Shown in pieces: positions 46,301-62,700 of a stretch of DNA of 64,000 nucleotides (the first letter of the stretch is position 1; each line of letters begins with the position of its first letter). The notes beneath the pieces are model-generated. The model had not been told where the DNA came from, did not search any database, and saw nothing but the letters and a program-made list of their open reading frames with translations. This stretch comes from the human T2T-CHM13v2.0 reference genome, Homo sapiens. The stretch lies in NCBI RefSeq assembly GCF_009914755.1, contig NC_060937.1; one strand, written 5' to 3'. A program made the position numbers and the translations under genes.

Positions 46301-49300
46301 TATATATTATATGCTGCACATAAAATATCAAAGTACCCAAAGTATGCATTACATACTGTACATAAAATATCAAAGTACACATATTATATATTATATAATG
46401 TACATAAAATATGAAGGTTCATCAAATATATATTATATTCTGTACATAATATATCAAAGTACATAAAATATATATTATATACGGTACATAAAATATCAAA
46501 GTACCAAAAATATGTATTATATACTGTACATAAAACATGAAAGTAACCAAACATTTATAATAAACTGTACATTAAATATCAAAGTACTCAATGTACATAA
46601 TATATACAGTATATAAAATATCAAAGTACACAAACTGTATATTATATACTGTACATAATATATCAAAGTACCCAGAATATATAGCATACTGTACATAAAA
46701 TATCAAAGTACCCAAAATATATATTGTATACTGTACATAAAATATGAAGGTACATCAAAGATATATTATATTCTGTACATAAAATATCAAAGTACACCAA
46801 ATATATATTATATGCTGTACATAGTATATTAAAGTTGCCCGTATATACATTATATACTGTACATAAAATATGAACGTACATCAAATATATAGTATATGCT
46901 GCACATAAAATATCAAAGTACCCAAAGTATGTATTATACACTGTACATAAAATATCAAAGTACCAAAAGTATATATTACATACTGTAAATAAAATATGAA
47001 GGTACCTCAAATATATATTATATTCTGTACATAAAATATCAAAGTACACCAAGTATATACTATATACTCTGCATAAAATATTAAATTACCCAAAATATGT
47101 ATTGTATTGTGTACATAAAATATGAAAGTAACCAAACATTTATAATAAACTGTACATAAAATATCAAAGTACTCAAACTGTATATTATATACTGTACATA
47201 AAGTATCAAAGTACCCAAACTGTGTAGTATATACTGTACATAAAATATCAAGGTACCCAAAATATATATTGTAAACTGTAGATAAAATATCAAAGTACCC
47301 AAAATATATATTATATACTGTACATAAAATGTGAAGGCACATCCAATATATATTATATTCTGTACATAAAATATCAAAGTACACCAAATGTATATTATAT
47401 ACTGTACATAAAATATCAAAGTACCCAATGTGTATATTATATACTGTACATAAAATATGAAGGTTCATCAAATATGTTTTATATTCTGCACATAATATAT
47501 CAAAGTACAGCAAATATATATTATATACTGTACATAAAATATCAAAGTACCCAAAATATGTATTATATACTGTACATAAAATATGAAAGTAACCAAACAT
47601 TTATAATAAACTGTACATAAAGTATCAAAGTACTCAAACTACATATTATATACAGTATATAAAATGTCAAAGTACCCAAACTGTATATTATATACTGTAC
47701 ATAATATATCAAAGTACCCGAATATATAGCATACTGTACATAAAATATCAAAGTACCCAAAGTGTGTTTTATACACTGCACATAAAATATGAAGGTACAT
47801 AAAATATATATTGTATTCTGTACATAAAATATCAAAGTACTCCAAATATATATTATATGCTGTACATAATATATTAAAGTCGCCCAAATATATATTATAT
47901 ACTGTGCATAAAATATGAAGGTACATCAAATATATATTATATGCTGCACATAAAATATCAAAGTACCCAAAGTATGTGTTATATACTGTACATAAAATAT
48001 CAAAGTACCCAAAGTATATATTATATACTGTACATAAAATATAAAATACCCCAAATATATATTATATGCTGTACATAAAATATCAAAGTACACAAAATAT
48101 GTATTATATACTGTACATAAAATACCAAAGGACCCAAAATATATATTATATACTGTACATAAAATATCAAAATTCCCAAAATATATATTATATACTGTAC
48201 ATAAAATACCAAAGTACCCAAAGTATATATTATATACCGTACAAAAAATATCAAAGTAGCCAAAATATGTATTATACACTGTACATAATATATGAAAGTA
48301 CCCAAACATTTATAATAAACTGTACATAAAATATCAATGTACTCAAACTATATATTATGTGCGGTACATAAGATATCAAAGTACCCATACTATATAGTAT
48401 ATACTGTACTTAAAATATCAAAATACCCAAAATATATATTATATACGTTACATAAACTATCAAGTACACAAAGTATGTATTATATACTGTACATAAAATA
48501 GCAAAGTTCCCAAAATATGTAATATATATATTATAAATATGTACATAAAATATGAAAGTATCCAACCATTTATAATAAACTCTACATAAAACACCAAAGT
48601 ACCCAAACTGTGTATTATATACTGTCCATAAAATATCAAAGTACCCAAAATATATATTGTAAACTGTACATAAAATATCAAAGTAGCCAAAATACATATT
48701 GTATACTGTACATAAAATATAAAAGTACCCCAAATATATATTATATACTGTACATAAAATATCAAAGTACCCATAATACATATTATATACTGTACATAAA
48801 ATATCAAAGGACCCAAAATAAACATTATATACTGTACATAAAATATCCAAATACTCAAAATATATATTACATACTGTACATAAAATATCAAAGTACCCAA
48901 ATTATGTATTATATACTGTACGTAAAATATCAGAGTACCCAAAATATGCATTATATACTGTACATAAAATATGAAAGTAACAAAACATTTATAATAAACT
49001 GTACATAAAATATCAAAGTACTCAAACTATATATCATATACTGTACATAAAATATCAAAGTACCCAAAATATATATTGTATACTGTACATAAAATATGAA
49101 GGTACATCAAAGATATATTATATTCTGTACATAAAATATCAAACTACACCAAATATATATTATATCCTGTACATAATATATTAAAGTTGCCCATATATAC
49201 ATTCTATACTGTACATAAAATATGAACGTACATCAAATATATAGTATATGCTGCACATAAAATATCAAAGTACCCAAAGTATGTATTATACACTGTACAT

Positions 49301-51920
49301 AAAATATCAAAGTACCAAAAGTATATATTACATACTGTAAATAAAATATGAAGGTACCTCAAATATATATTATATTCTATACATAAAATATCAAAGTACA
49401 CCAAGTATATACTATATACTCTGCATAAAATATTAAATTACCCAAAATATGTATTGCATTGTGTACATAAAATATGAAAGTAACCAAACGTTTATAATAA
49501 ACTGTACATAAAATATCAAAGTACTCAAACTGTATATTATATACTGTACATAAAGTATCAAAGTACCCAAACTGTGTAGTATATATTGTACATAAAATAT
49601 CAAGGTACCCAAAATATATATTGTAAACTGTAGATAAAATATCAAAGTACCCAAAATATATATTATATACTGTACATGAAATATGAAGGCACATCCAATA
49701 TATATTATACTCTGTACATAAAATATCAAAGTACACCAAATGTATATTATATACTGTACATAAAATATGAAAGTACCCAAAGTGTATATTATATACTGTA
49801 CATAAACTATGAAGGTTCATCAAATATATTTTATATTCTGCACATAATATATCAAAGTACAGCAAATATATATTATATACTGTACATAAAATATCAAAGT
49901 ACCCAAAATATGTATTATATACTGTACATAAAATATGAAAGTAAGCAAACATTTATAATAAACTGTACATAAAGTATCAAAGTACTCAAACTACATATTA
50001 TATACAGTATATAAAATATCAAAGTACCCAAACTGTATATTATATACTGTACATAATATATCAAAGTACCCGAATATATAGCATACTCCACATAAAATAT
50101 CAAAGTACCCAAAGTTTGTATTATACACTGCACATAAAATATGGAGGTACATCAAAGATATATTATATTCTGTACATAAAATATCAAAGTACACCAAATA
50201 TATATTATATGCTGTACATAATATATTAAAGTCGACCAAATATATATTATATACTGTACATAAAATATGAAGGTACATCAAATATATATTATATGCTGCA
50301 CATAAAATATCAAAGTACCCAAAGTATGTGTTATATACTGTACATAAAATATCAAAGTACCCAAAGTATATATTATATACTGTACATAAAATATAAAATA
50401 CCCCAAATATATATTATATGCTCTACATAAAATATCAAAGTACACAAAATATGTATTATATACTGTACATAAAATACCAAAGGACCCAAAATATATATTA
50501 TATACTGTACATAAAATATCAAAATACCCAAAATATATATTATATACTGTACATAAAATACCAAAGTACCCAAAGTATATATTATATACCGTACAAAAAA
50601 TATCAAAGTAGCCAAAATATGTATTATACACTGTACATAATATATGAAAGTACCCAAACATTTATAATAAACTGTACATAAAATATCAATGTACTCAAAC
50701 TATATATTATGTGCGGTACATAAGATATCAAAGTACCCATACTATATAGTATATACTGTACTTAAAATATCAAAATACCCAAAATATATATTATATACGT
50801 TACATAAACTATCACATACACAAAGTATGTATTATATACTGTACATAAAATAGCAAAGTTCCCAAAATATGTATTATATACTGTACATAAAATATGAAAG
50901 TACCCAACCATTCATAATAAAGTCTACATAAAATACCAAAGTACCCAAACTGTGTATTATATACTGTCCATAAAATATCAAAGGACCCAAAATATATATT
51001 GTAAACTCTACATAAAATATCAAAGTAGCCAAAATACATATTGTATACTGTACATAAAATATAAAAGTACCCAAAATATATATTATATACTGTACATAAA
51101 ATATCAAAGTACCCATAATACATATTATATACTGTACATAAAATATCAAAGGACCCAAAATAAACATTATATACTGTACATAAAATATCCAAATACTCAA
51201 AATATATATTACATACTGTACATAAAATATCAAAGTACCCAAATTATGTATTATATACTGTACGTAAAATATCAGAGTACCCAAAATATGCATTATATAC
51301 TGTACATAAAAAATGAAAGTAACAAAACATTTATAATAAACTGTACATAAAATATCAAAGTACTCAAACTATATATCATATACTGTACATAAAATATCAA
51401 AGTACCCAAACTGTGTATTATTATATACTGTATATAAAATATCAAAGTACCTGAAATATATATTGTATACTGTACATAAAATATCAAAGTACCCAAAATA
51501 TATACTATATACTGTACATAAAATATGAAGGTACATCAAATATATATTATATCCTGTACATAAAATATCAAAGTACACCTATTATATATTGTGTACTGTA
51601 CATAATATATTAAATCGCCCAAATATATATCGTATACTGTATATAAAATATGAAGGTACTTCAAATATATATTGTATGCTGCACATAAAATATCAAAGTA
51701 CCCAAAGAATGCATTACATACTGTACATAAAATATCAAGGTACACAAATTATATATTATATACTGTACATAAAATATGTAGGTTCATCAAATATATTTTA
51801 TATTCTGTACATAATATATCAAAGTACATCAAATATATATTATATACTGTACATAAAATATCAAAGTACCCAAAATATGTATTATATACTGTACATAAAA
51901 CATGAAAGTAACCAAACATT
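28303..51920 (+). repeat. Copy 2 of the 23,618-bp tandem duplication
   Basis: Carries the private variants of copy 1, for example AAACTAGCC (about 5339 and 28957), ATTACATA (about 5106 and 28724), GTGCGCTAC (about 10812 and 34430) and GGTACGTC (about 20628 and 44246). Confidence 0.88.
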
Positions 51921-54900
51921 TATAATAAACTGTACATAAAATATCAAAGTACTCAATCTACATATTATATACAGTATATAAAATATCAAGGTACACAAAC
52001 TGTATAATATATACTGCACATAATATATCAAAGTACCCAGAATATATAGCATACTGTACATAAAATATCAAAGTACCCAAAATATATACTATATACTGTA
52101 CATAAAATATGAAGGTACATCAAATATATATTATATCCTGTACATAAAATATCAAAGTACACCTATTATATATTGTGTACTGTACATAATATATTAAATC
52201 GCCCAAATATATATTGTATACTGTATATAAAATATGAAGGTACTTCAAATATATATTATATGCTGCACATAAAATATCAAAGTACCCAAAGAATGCATTA
52301 CATACTGTACATAAAATATCAAAATACACATGTTATCTATTATATAATGTACATAAAATATGAAGGTTCATCAAATATATATTATATTCTGTACATAATA
52401 TATCAAAGTACATCAAATATATATTATATACTGTACATAAAATATCAAAGTACCAAAAATATGTATTATATACTGTACATAAAACATGAAAGTAACCAAA
52501 CATTTATAATAAACTGTACATAAAATATCAAAGTACTCAATCTACATATTATATACAGTATATAAAATATCAAAGTACACAAACTGTATATTATATACTG
52601 TACATAATATATCAAAGTACCCAGAATATATAGTATACTGTACATACAATATCAAAGTACCCAGAATGTATATTGTATTCTGTACATAAAATATGAATGT
52701 ACATCAAAGATATATTATATTCTGTACATAAAATATCAAAGTACACCAAATATATATTATATGCTGTACATAATATATTAAAGTTGCCCATGCATACATT
52801 TTATACTGTACATAAAATATGAAGGTACATCAAATATATAGTATATGCTGCACATAAAATATCAAAGTACCCAAAGTATGTATTATATACTGTACATAAA
52901 ATATCAAAGTACCAAAAGTATATATTACCTACTGTAAATAAAATATGAAGATACCTCAAATATATATTATATTCTGTACATGAAATATCAAAGTACACCA
53001 AGTATATACTATATAGTCTACATAAAATATTAAATTACCCAAAATATGTATTGTATTGTGTACATAAAATATGAAAGTAACCAAACATTTATAATAAACT
53101 GTACATAAAATATCAAAGTACTCAAACTTTATATTATATACTGTACATAAAGTATCAAAGTACCCAAACTGTGTAGTATATACTGTACATAAAATATCAA
53201 GGTACCCAAAATGTATATTGTAAACTGTAGATAAAATATCAAAGTACCCAAAATATATATTATATACTGTACATAAAATATGAAGGCTCATCCAATATAT
53301 ATTATATTCTGTACATAAAATATCAAAGTACACCAAATGTATATTATATACTGTACATAAAATATAAAACTACCCCAAATATATCTTATATACTCTACAT
53401 AAAATATCAAAGTACCCAAAATATATATTATATACTGTACATAAAATATCAAAGTACCCATAGTATGTATTATATCCTGTACATAAAATATGAAGGTACA
53501 TCAAATATATATTCTATTCTGCACATAAAATATCATATTGCACCAAATATATATTGTATACTGTATATAAAATATGAAGGTACTTCAAATATATATTATA
53601 TGCTGCACATAAAATATCAAAGTACCCAAAGTATGCATTATATACTGTACATAAAATATCAAAGTACCCAAAGTGTATATTATATACTGTACATAAAATA
53701 TGAAGGTTCATCAAATATATTTTATATTCTGCACATAATATATCAAAGTACAGCAAATATATATTATATACTGTACATAAAATATCAAAGTACCCAAAAT
53801 ATGTATTATATACTGTACATAAAATATGAAAGTAACCAAACATTTATAATAAACTGTACATAAAATATCAAAGTACTCAAACTACATATTATATACAGTA
53901 TATAAAATGTCAAAGTACCCAAACTGTATATTATATACTGTACATAATATATCAAAGTACCCGAATATATAGCATACTGTACATAAAATATCAAAGTACC
54001 CAAAATATATATTGTATACTGTACATAAAATATGAAGGTACATCAAAGATATATTATATTCTGTACATAAAATATCAAAGTACACCAAATATATATTATA
54101 TGCTGTACAGAATATATTAAAGTCGACCAAATATATATTATATACTGTACATAAAATATGAAGGTACATCAAATATATATTATATGCTGCACATAAAATA
54201 TCAAAGTACCCAAAGTATGTATTATATACTGTACATAAAATATCAAAGTACCCAAAGTATATATTATATACTGTACATAAAATATAAAATACCCCAAATA
54301 TATATTATATCCTGTACATAAAATATCAAAGTACCCAAAATATATATTGTAAATTGTACATAAAATATCAAAGTAGCCAAAATATATATTGTATACTGTA
54401 CATAAAATATGAAGGTACATCAAATATATATTATATCCTGTACATAAAATATCAAAGTACCCAAAATATATATTGTAAATTGTACATAAAATATCAAAGT
54501 AGCCAAAATATATATTGTATACTGTACATAAAATATAAAAGTACCCCAAATATGTATTATATACTGTACATAAAATATCAAAGTACCGATAATACATATT
54601 ATATACTGTACATAAAATATCAAAGGACCCAAAATAAACATTATATACTGTACATAAAATATCCAAATACTCAAAATATATATTACATACTGTACATAAA
54701 ATATCAAAGTACCCAAATTATGTATTATATACTGTACGTAAAATATCAGAGTACCCAAAATATGCATTATATACTGTACATAAAATATGAAAGTAACAAA
54801 ACATTTATAATAAACTGTACATAAAATATCAAAGTACTCAAACTATATATCATATACTGTACATAAAATATCAAAGTACCCAAACTGTATATTATTATAT

Positions 54901-56794
54901 ACTGTATATAAAATATCAAAGTACCTGAAATATATATTGTATACTGTACATAAAATATCAAAGTACCCAAAATATATACTATATACTGTACATAAAATAT
55001 GAAGGTACATAAATATATATTATATCCTGTACATAAAATATCAAAGTACACCTATTATATATTGTGTACTCTACATAATATATTAAGTCGCCCAAATATA
55101 TATTGTATACTGTATATAAAATATGAAGGTACTTCAAATATATATTATATGCTGCACATAAAATATCAAAGTACCCAAGGTATGCATTACATACTGTACA
55201 TAAAATATCAAAGTACACATATTATATATTATATAATATACATAAAATATGAAGGTTCATCAAATATATATTATATTCTGTACATAATATATCAAAGTAC
55301 ATCAAATATATATTATATACTGTACATAAAATATCAAAGTACCAAAAATATGTATTATATACTGTACATAAAATATGAAAGTAACCAAACATTTATAATA
55401 TACTGTACATAAAATATCAAAGTACTCAGTCTACATATTACATACAGTATATAAAATATCAAAGTACACACACTGTATATTATATACTGTACATAATATA
55501 TCAAAGTACCCAGAATATATAACATACTGTACATAAAATATCAAAGTACCCGAAATATATATGGTATACTGTACATAAAATATGAAGGTACATCAAAGAT
55601 ATATTATATTCTGTACATAAAATATCAAACTACACCAAATATATATTATATGCTGTACATAATATATTAAAGTTGCCCAAATACACATTCTATACTGTAC
55701 ATAAAATATGAACGTACATCAAATATATAGTATATGCTGCACATAAAATATCAAAGTACCCAAAGTATGTATTATACACTGTACATAAAATATCAAAGTA
55801 CCAAAAGTATATATTACATACTGTAAATAAAATATGAAGGTACCTCAAATATATATTATATTCTGTACATAAAATATCAAAGTCCACCAAGTATATACTA
55901 TATACTCTGCATAAAATATTAAATTACCCAAAATATGTATTGCATTGTGTACATAAAATATGAAAGTAACCAAACATTTATAATAAACTGTACATAAAAT
56001 ATCAAAGTACTCAAACTGTATATTATATACTGTACATAAAGTATCAAAGTACCCAAACTGTGTAGTATATACTGTACATAAAATATCAAGGTACCCAAAA
56101 TATATATTGTAAACTGTAGATTAAATATCAAAGTACCCAAAATATATATTATATACTGTACATAAAATATGAAGGCACATCCAATATATACTATATTCTG
56201 TACATAAAATATCAAAGTACACCAAATGTATATTATATACTGTACATAAAATATCAAAGTACCCAAAGTGTATATTATATACTGTACATAAAATATGAAG
56301 GTTCATCAAATATATTTTATATTCTGCACATAATATATCAAAGTACAGCAAATATATATTATATACTGTACATAAAATATCAAAGTACCCAAAATATGTA
56401 TTATATACTGTACATAAAATATGAAAGTAACCAAACATTTATAATAAACTTTACATAAAGTATCAAAGTACTCAAACTACATATTATATACAGTATATAA
56501 AATATCAAAGTACCCCAACTGTATATTATATACTGTACATAATATATCAAAGTACCCAAATATATAGCATACTGTACATAAAATATCAAAGTACCCAAAA
56601 TATATATTATATACTGTACATAAAATATCAAAATACCCAAAATATATATTATATACTGTACATAAATTACCAAAGTACCCAAAGTATATATTATGTAACG
56701 TACAAAAAATATCAAAGTAGCCAAAATATGTATTATACACTGTACTTAATATATGAAAGTACCCAAACATTTATAATAAACTGTAAATAAAATA
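42938..56794 (+). repeat. 13,857-bp shortened macro-unit (U1-U2-U3-U4/U5 hybrid-U6-U7)
   Basis: The U1 start marker is at 42938 and again at 56795. The unit is 5,442 bp shorter than the 19,299-bp form, made up of 3,013 bp (U4 to U5 skip) and 2,429 bp (U5 to U6 skip near 52080). Confidence 0.82.
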
Positions 56795-59700
56795 TCAATG
56801 TACTCAAACTATATATTATGTGCGGTACATAAGATATCAAAGTACCCATGCTATATAGTATATACTGTACTTAAAATATCAAAATACCCAAACTATATAT
56901 TATATACGTTACATAAACTATCAAATACACAAAGTATGTATTATATACTGTACATAAAATAGCAAAGTTCCCAAAATATGTATTATATACTGTACGTAAA
57001 ATATGAAAGTACCCAACCATTTATAATAAACTCTACATAAAATACCAAAGTACCCAAACTGTGTATTATATACTGTCCATAAAATATCAAAGGACCCAAA
57101 ATATATATTGTAAACTCTACATAAAATATCAAAGTAGCCAAAATACATATTGTATACTGTACATAAAATATAAAAGTACCCCAAATATATATTATATACT
57201 GTACATAAAATATCAAAGTACCCATAATACATATTATATACTGTACATAAAATATCAAAGGACCCAAAATAAACATTATATACTGTACATAAAATATCCA
57301 AATACTCAAAATATATATTACATACTGTACATAAAATATCAAAGTACCCAAATTATGTATTATATACTGTATATAAAATATCAGAGTACCCAAAATATGC
57401 ATTATATACTGTACATAAAATATGAAGGTACATCAAATATATAGTATATGCTGCACATAAAATATCAAAGTACCCAAAGTATGTATTATATACTGTACAT
57501 AAAATATCAAAGTACCAAAAGTATATATTACCTACTGTAAATAAAATATGAAGATACCTCAAATATATATTATATTCTGTACATAAAATATCAAAGTGCA
57601 CCAAGTATATACTATATACTCTACATAAAATATTAAATTACCCAAAATATGTATTGTATTGTGTACATAGAATATGAAAGTAACCAAACATTTATAATAA
57701 ACTGTACATAAAATATCAAAGTACTCAAACTTTATATTATATACTGTACATAAAGTATCAAAGTACCCAAACTGTGTAGTATATACTGTACATGAAATAT
57801 CAAGGTACCCAAAATGTATATTGTAAACTGTAGATAAAATATCAAAGTACCCAAAATATATATTATATACTGTACATAAAATATGAAGGCACATCCAATA
57901 TATATTATATTCTGTACATAAAATATCAAAGTACACCAAATGTATATTATATACTGTACATAAAATATAAAACTACCCCAAATATATCTTATATACTCTA
58001 CATAAAATATCAAAGTACCCAAAATATATATTATATACTGTACATAAAATATCAAAGTACCCATAGTATGTATTATATCCTGTACATAAAATATGAAGGT
58101 ACATCAAATATATATTCTATTCTGCACATAAAATATCATATTGCACCAAATATATATTGTATACTGTATATAAAATATGAAGGTACTTCAAATATATATT
58201 ATATGCTGCACATAAAATATCAAAGTACCCAAAGTATGCATTATATACTGTACATAAAATATCAAAGTACCCAAAGTGTATATTATATACTGTACATAAA
58301 TTATGAAGGTTCATCAAATATATTTTATATTCTGCACATAATATATCAAAGTACAGCAAATATATATTATATATTGTACATAAAATAACAAAGTACCAAA
58401 AATATGTATTATATACTGTACATAAAATATGAAAGTAACCAAATATTTATAATAAACTGTATATAAAATATCAAAGTACTCAAACTACATATTATATACA
58501 GTATATAAAATATCAAAGTACCCAAACTGTATATTATATACTGTACATACTATATCAAAGTACCCAAATATATAGCATACTGTCCATAAAATATCAAAGT
58601 ACCCAATATATATATTGTATACTGTACATAAAATATGAAGGTACATCAAAGATATATTATATCCTGTACATAAAATATCAAAGTACACCAAATATATATT
58701 ATATGCTGTACATAATATATTAAAGTCGACCAAATATATATTATATACTGTACATAAAATATGAAGGTACCTCAACTATATATTATATGCTGCACATAAA
58801 TTATCAAAGTACCCAAAGTATGTATTATATACTGTACATAAAATATCAAAGTACCCAAAGTATATATTATATACTGTACATAAAATATAAAATACCCCAA
58901 ATATATATTATATGCTGTACATAAAATATCAAAGTACACAAAATATGTATTATGTACTGTACATACAATATAAAGGACCCAAAATATATACTATATACTG
59001 TACATAAAATATCAAAATACCCAAAATATATATTATATACTGTACATAAAATACCAAAGTACCCAAAGTATATATTATATACCGTACAAAAAATATCAAA
59101 GTAGCCAAAATATGTATTATACACTGTACATAATATATGAAAGTACCCAAACATTTATAATAAAGTGTACATAAAATATCAATGTACTCAAACTATGTAT
59201 TATGTGCGGTACATAACATATCAAATTATCCATACTATATAGTATGTACTGCACTTAAAATATCAAAATACCCAAAATATATATTATATACGTTACATAA
59301 ACTATCAAATACACAAAGTATGTATTATATACTGTACATAAAATAGCAAAGTTCCCAAAATATGTATTATATACTGTACATAAAATATGAAAGTACCCAA
59401 CCATTTATAATAAACTCTACATAAAATACCAAAGTACCCAAACTGTGTATTATATACTGTCCATAAAATATCAAAGTACCCAAAATATATATTGTAAACT
59501 CTACATAAAATATCAAAGTAGCCAAAATACATATTTTATACTGTACATAAAATATGAAAGTACCCCAAATATGTATTATATACTGTACATAAAATATCAA
59601 AGTACCCATAATACATATTATATACTGTACATAAAATATCAAAGGACCCAAAATAAACATTATATACTGTACATAAAATATCCAAATACTCAAAATATAT

Positions 59701-62700
59701 ATTACGTACTGTACATAAAATATCAAAGTACCCAAATTATGTATTATATACTGTACGTAAAATATCAGAGTACCCAAAATATGCATTATATACTGTACAT
59801 AAAATATGAAAGTAACAATACATTTATAATAAACTGTACAAAAAATATCAAAGTACTCAAACTATATATCATATACTGTACATAAAATATCAAAGTACCC
59901 AAACTGTGTATTATTATATACTGTATATAAAATATCAAATACCTGAAATATATATTGTATACTGTACATAAAATATCAAAGTACCCAAAATATATACTAT
60001 ATACTGTACATAAAATATGAAGGTACATCAAATATATATTATATCCTGTACATAAAATATCAAAGTACACCTATTATATATTGTGTACTGTACATAATAT
60101 ATTAAATCGCCCAAATATATATTGTATACTGTATATAAAATATGAAGGTACTTCAAATATATATTATATGCTGCACATAAAATATCAAAGTACCCAAAGT
60201 ATGCATTACATACTGTACATAAAATATCAAAGTACACATATTATATATTATATAATGTACATAAAATATGAAGGTTCATCAAATATATATTATATTCTGT
60301 ACATAATATATCAAAGTACATAAAATATATATTATATACGGTACATAAAATATCAAAGTACCAAAAATATGTATTATATACTGTACATAAAACATGAAAG
60401 TAACCAAACATTTATAATAAACTGTACATTAAATATCAAAGTACTCAATGTACATAATATATACAGTATATAAAATATCAAAGTACACAAACTGTATATT
60501 ATATACTGTACATAATATATCAAAGTACCCAGAATATATAGCATACTGTACATAAAATATCAAAGTACCCAAAATATATATTGTATACTGTACATAAAAT
60601 ATGAAGGTACATCAAAGATATATTATATTCTGTACATAAAATATCAAAGTACACCAAATATATATTATATGCTGTACATAGTATATTAAAGTTGCCCGTA
60701 TATACATTATATACTGTACATAAAATATGAACGTACATCAAATATATAGTATATGCTGCACATAAAATATCAAAGTACCCAAAGTATGTATTATACACTG
60801 TACATAAAATATCAAAGTACCAAAAGTATATATTACATACTGTAAATAAAATATGAAGGTACCTCAAATATATATTATATTCTGTACATAAAATATCAAA
60901 GTACACCAAGTATATACTATATACTCTGCATAAAATATTAAATTACCCAAAATATGTATTGTATTGTGTACATAAAATATGAAAGTAACCAAACATTTAT
61001 AATAAACTGTACATAAAATATCAAAGTACTCAAACTGTATATTATATACTGTACATAAAGTATCAAAGTACCCAAACTGTGTAGTATATACTGTACATAA
61101 AATATCAAGGTACCCAAAATATATATTGTAAACTGTAGATAAAATATCAAAGTACCCAAAATATATATTATATACTGTACATAAAATGTGAAGGCACATC
61201 CAATATATATTATATTCTGTACATAAAATATCAAAGTACACCAAATGTATATTATATACTGTACATAAAATATCAAAGTACCCAAAGTGTATATTATATA
61301 CTGTACATAAAATATGAAGGTTCATCAAATATGTTTTATATTCTGCACATAATATATCAAAGTACAGCAAATATATATTATATACTGTACATAAAATATC
61401 AAAGTACCCAAAATATGTATTATATACTGTACATAAAATATGAAAGTAACCAAACATTTATAATAAACTGTACATAAAGTATCAAAGTACTCAAACTACA
61501 TATTATATACAGTATATAAAATGTCAAAGTACCCAAACTGTATATTATATACTGTACATAATATATCAAAGTACCCGAATATATAGCATACTGTACATAA
61601 AATATCAAAGTACCCAAAGTGTGTTTTATACACTGCACATAAAATATGAAGGTACATAAAATATATATTGTATTCTGTACATAAAATATCAAAGTACTCC
61701 AAATATATATTATATGCTGTACATAATATATTAAAGTCGCCCAAATATATATTATATACTGTGCATAAAATATGAAGGTACATCAAATATATATTATATG
61801 CTGCACATAAAATATCAAAGTACCCAAAGTATGTGTTATATACTGTACATAAAATATCAAAGTACCCAAAGTATATATTATATACTGTACATAAAATATA
61901 AAATACCCCAAATATATATTATATGCTGTACATAAAATATCAAAGTACACAAAATATGTATTATATACTGTACATAAAATACCAAAGGACCCAAAATATA
62001 TATTATATACTGTACATAAAATATCAAAATTCCCAAAATATATATTATATACTGTACATAAAATACAAAAGTACCCAAAGTATATATTATATACCGTACA
62101 AAAAATATCAAAGTAGCCAAAATATGTATTATACACTGTACATAATATATGAAAGTACCCAAACATTTATAATAAACTGTACATAAAATATCAATGTACT
62201 CAAACTATATATTATGTGCGGTACATAAGATATCAAAGTACCCATACTATATAGTATATACTGTACTTAAAATATCAAAATACCCAAAATATATATTATA
62301 TACGTTACATAAACTATCAAGTACACAAAGTATGTATTATATACTGTACATAAAATAGCAAAGTTCCCAAAATATGTAATATATATATTATAAATATGTA
62401 CATAAAATATGAAAGTATCCAACCATTTATAATAAACTCTACATAAAACACCAAAGTACCCAAACTGTGTATTATATACTGTCCATAAAATATCAAAGTA
62501 CCCAAAATATATATTGTAAACTGTACATAAAATATCAAAGTAGCCAAAATACATATTGTATACTGTACATAAAATATAAAAGTACCCCAAATATATATTA
62601 TATACTGTACATAAAATATCAAAGTACCCATAATACATATTATATACTGTACATAAAATATCAAAGGACCCAAAATAAACATTATATACTGTACATAAAA

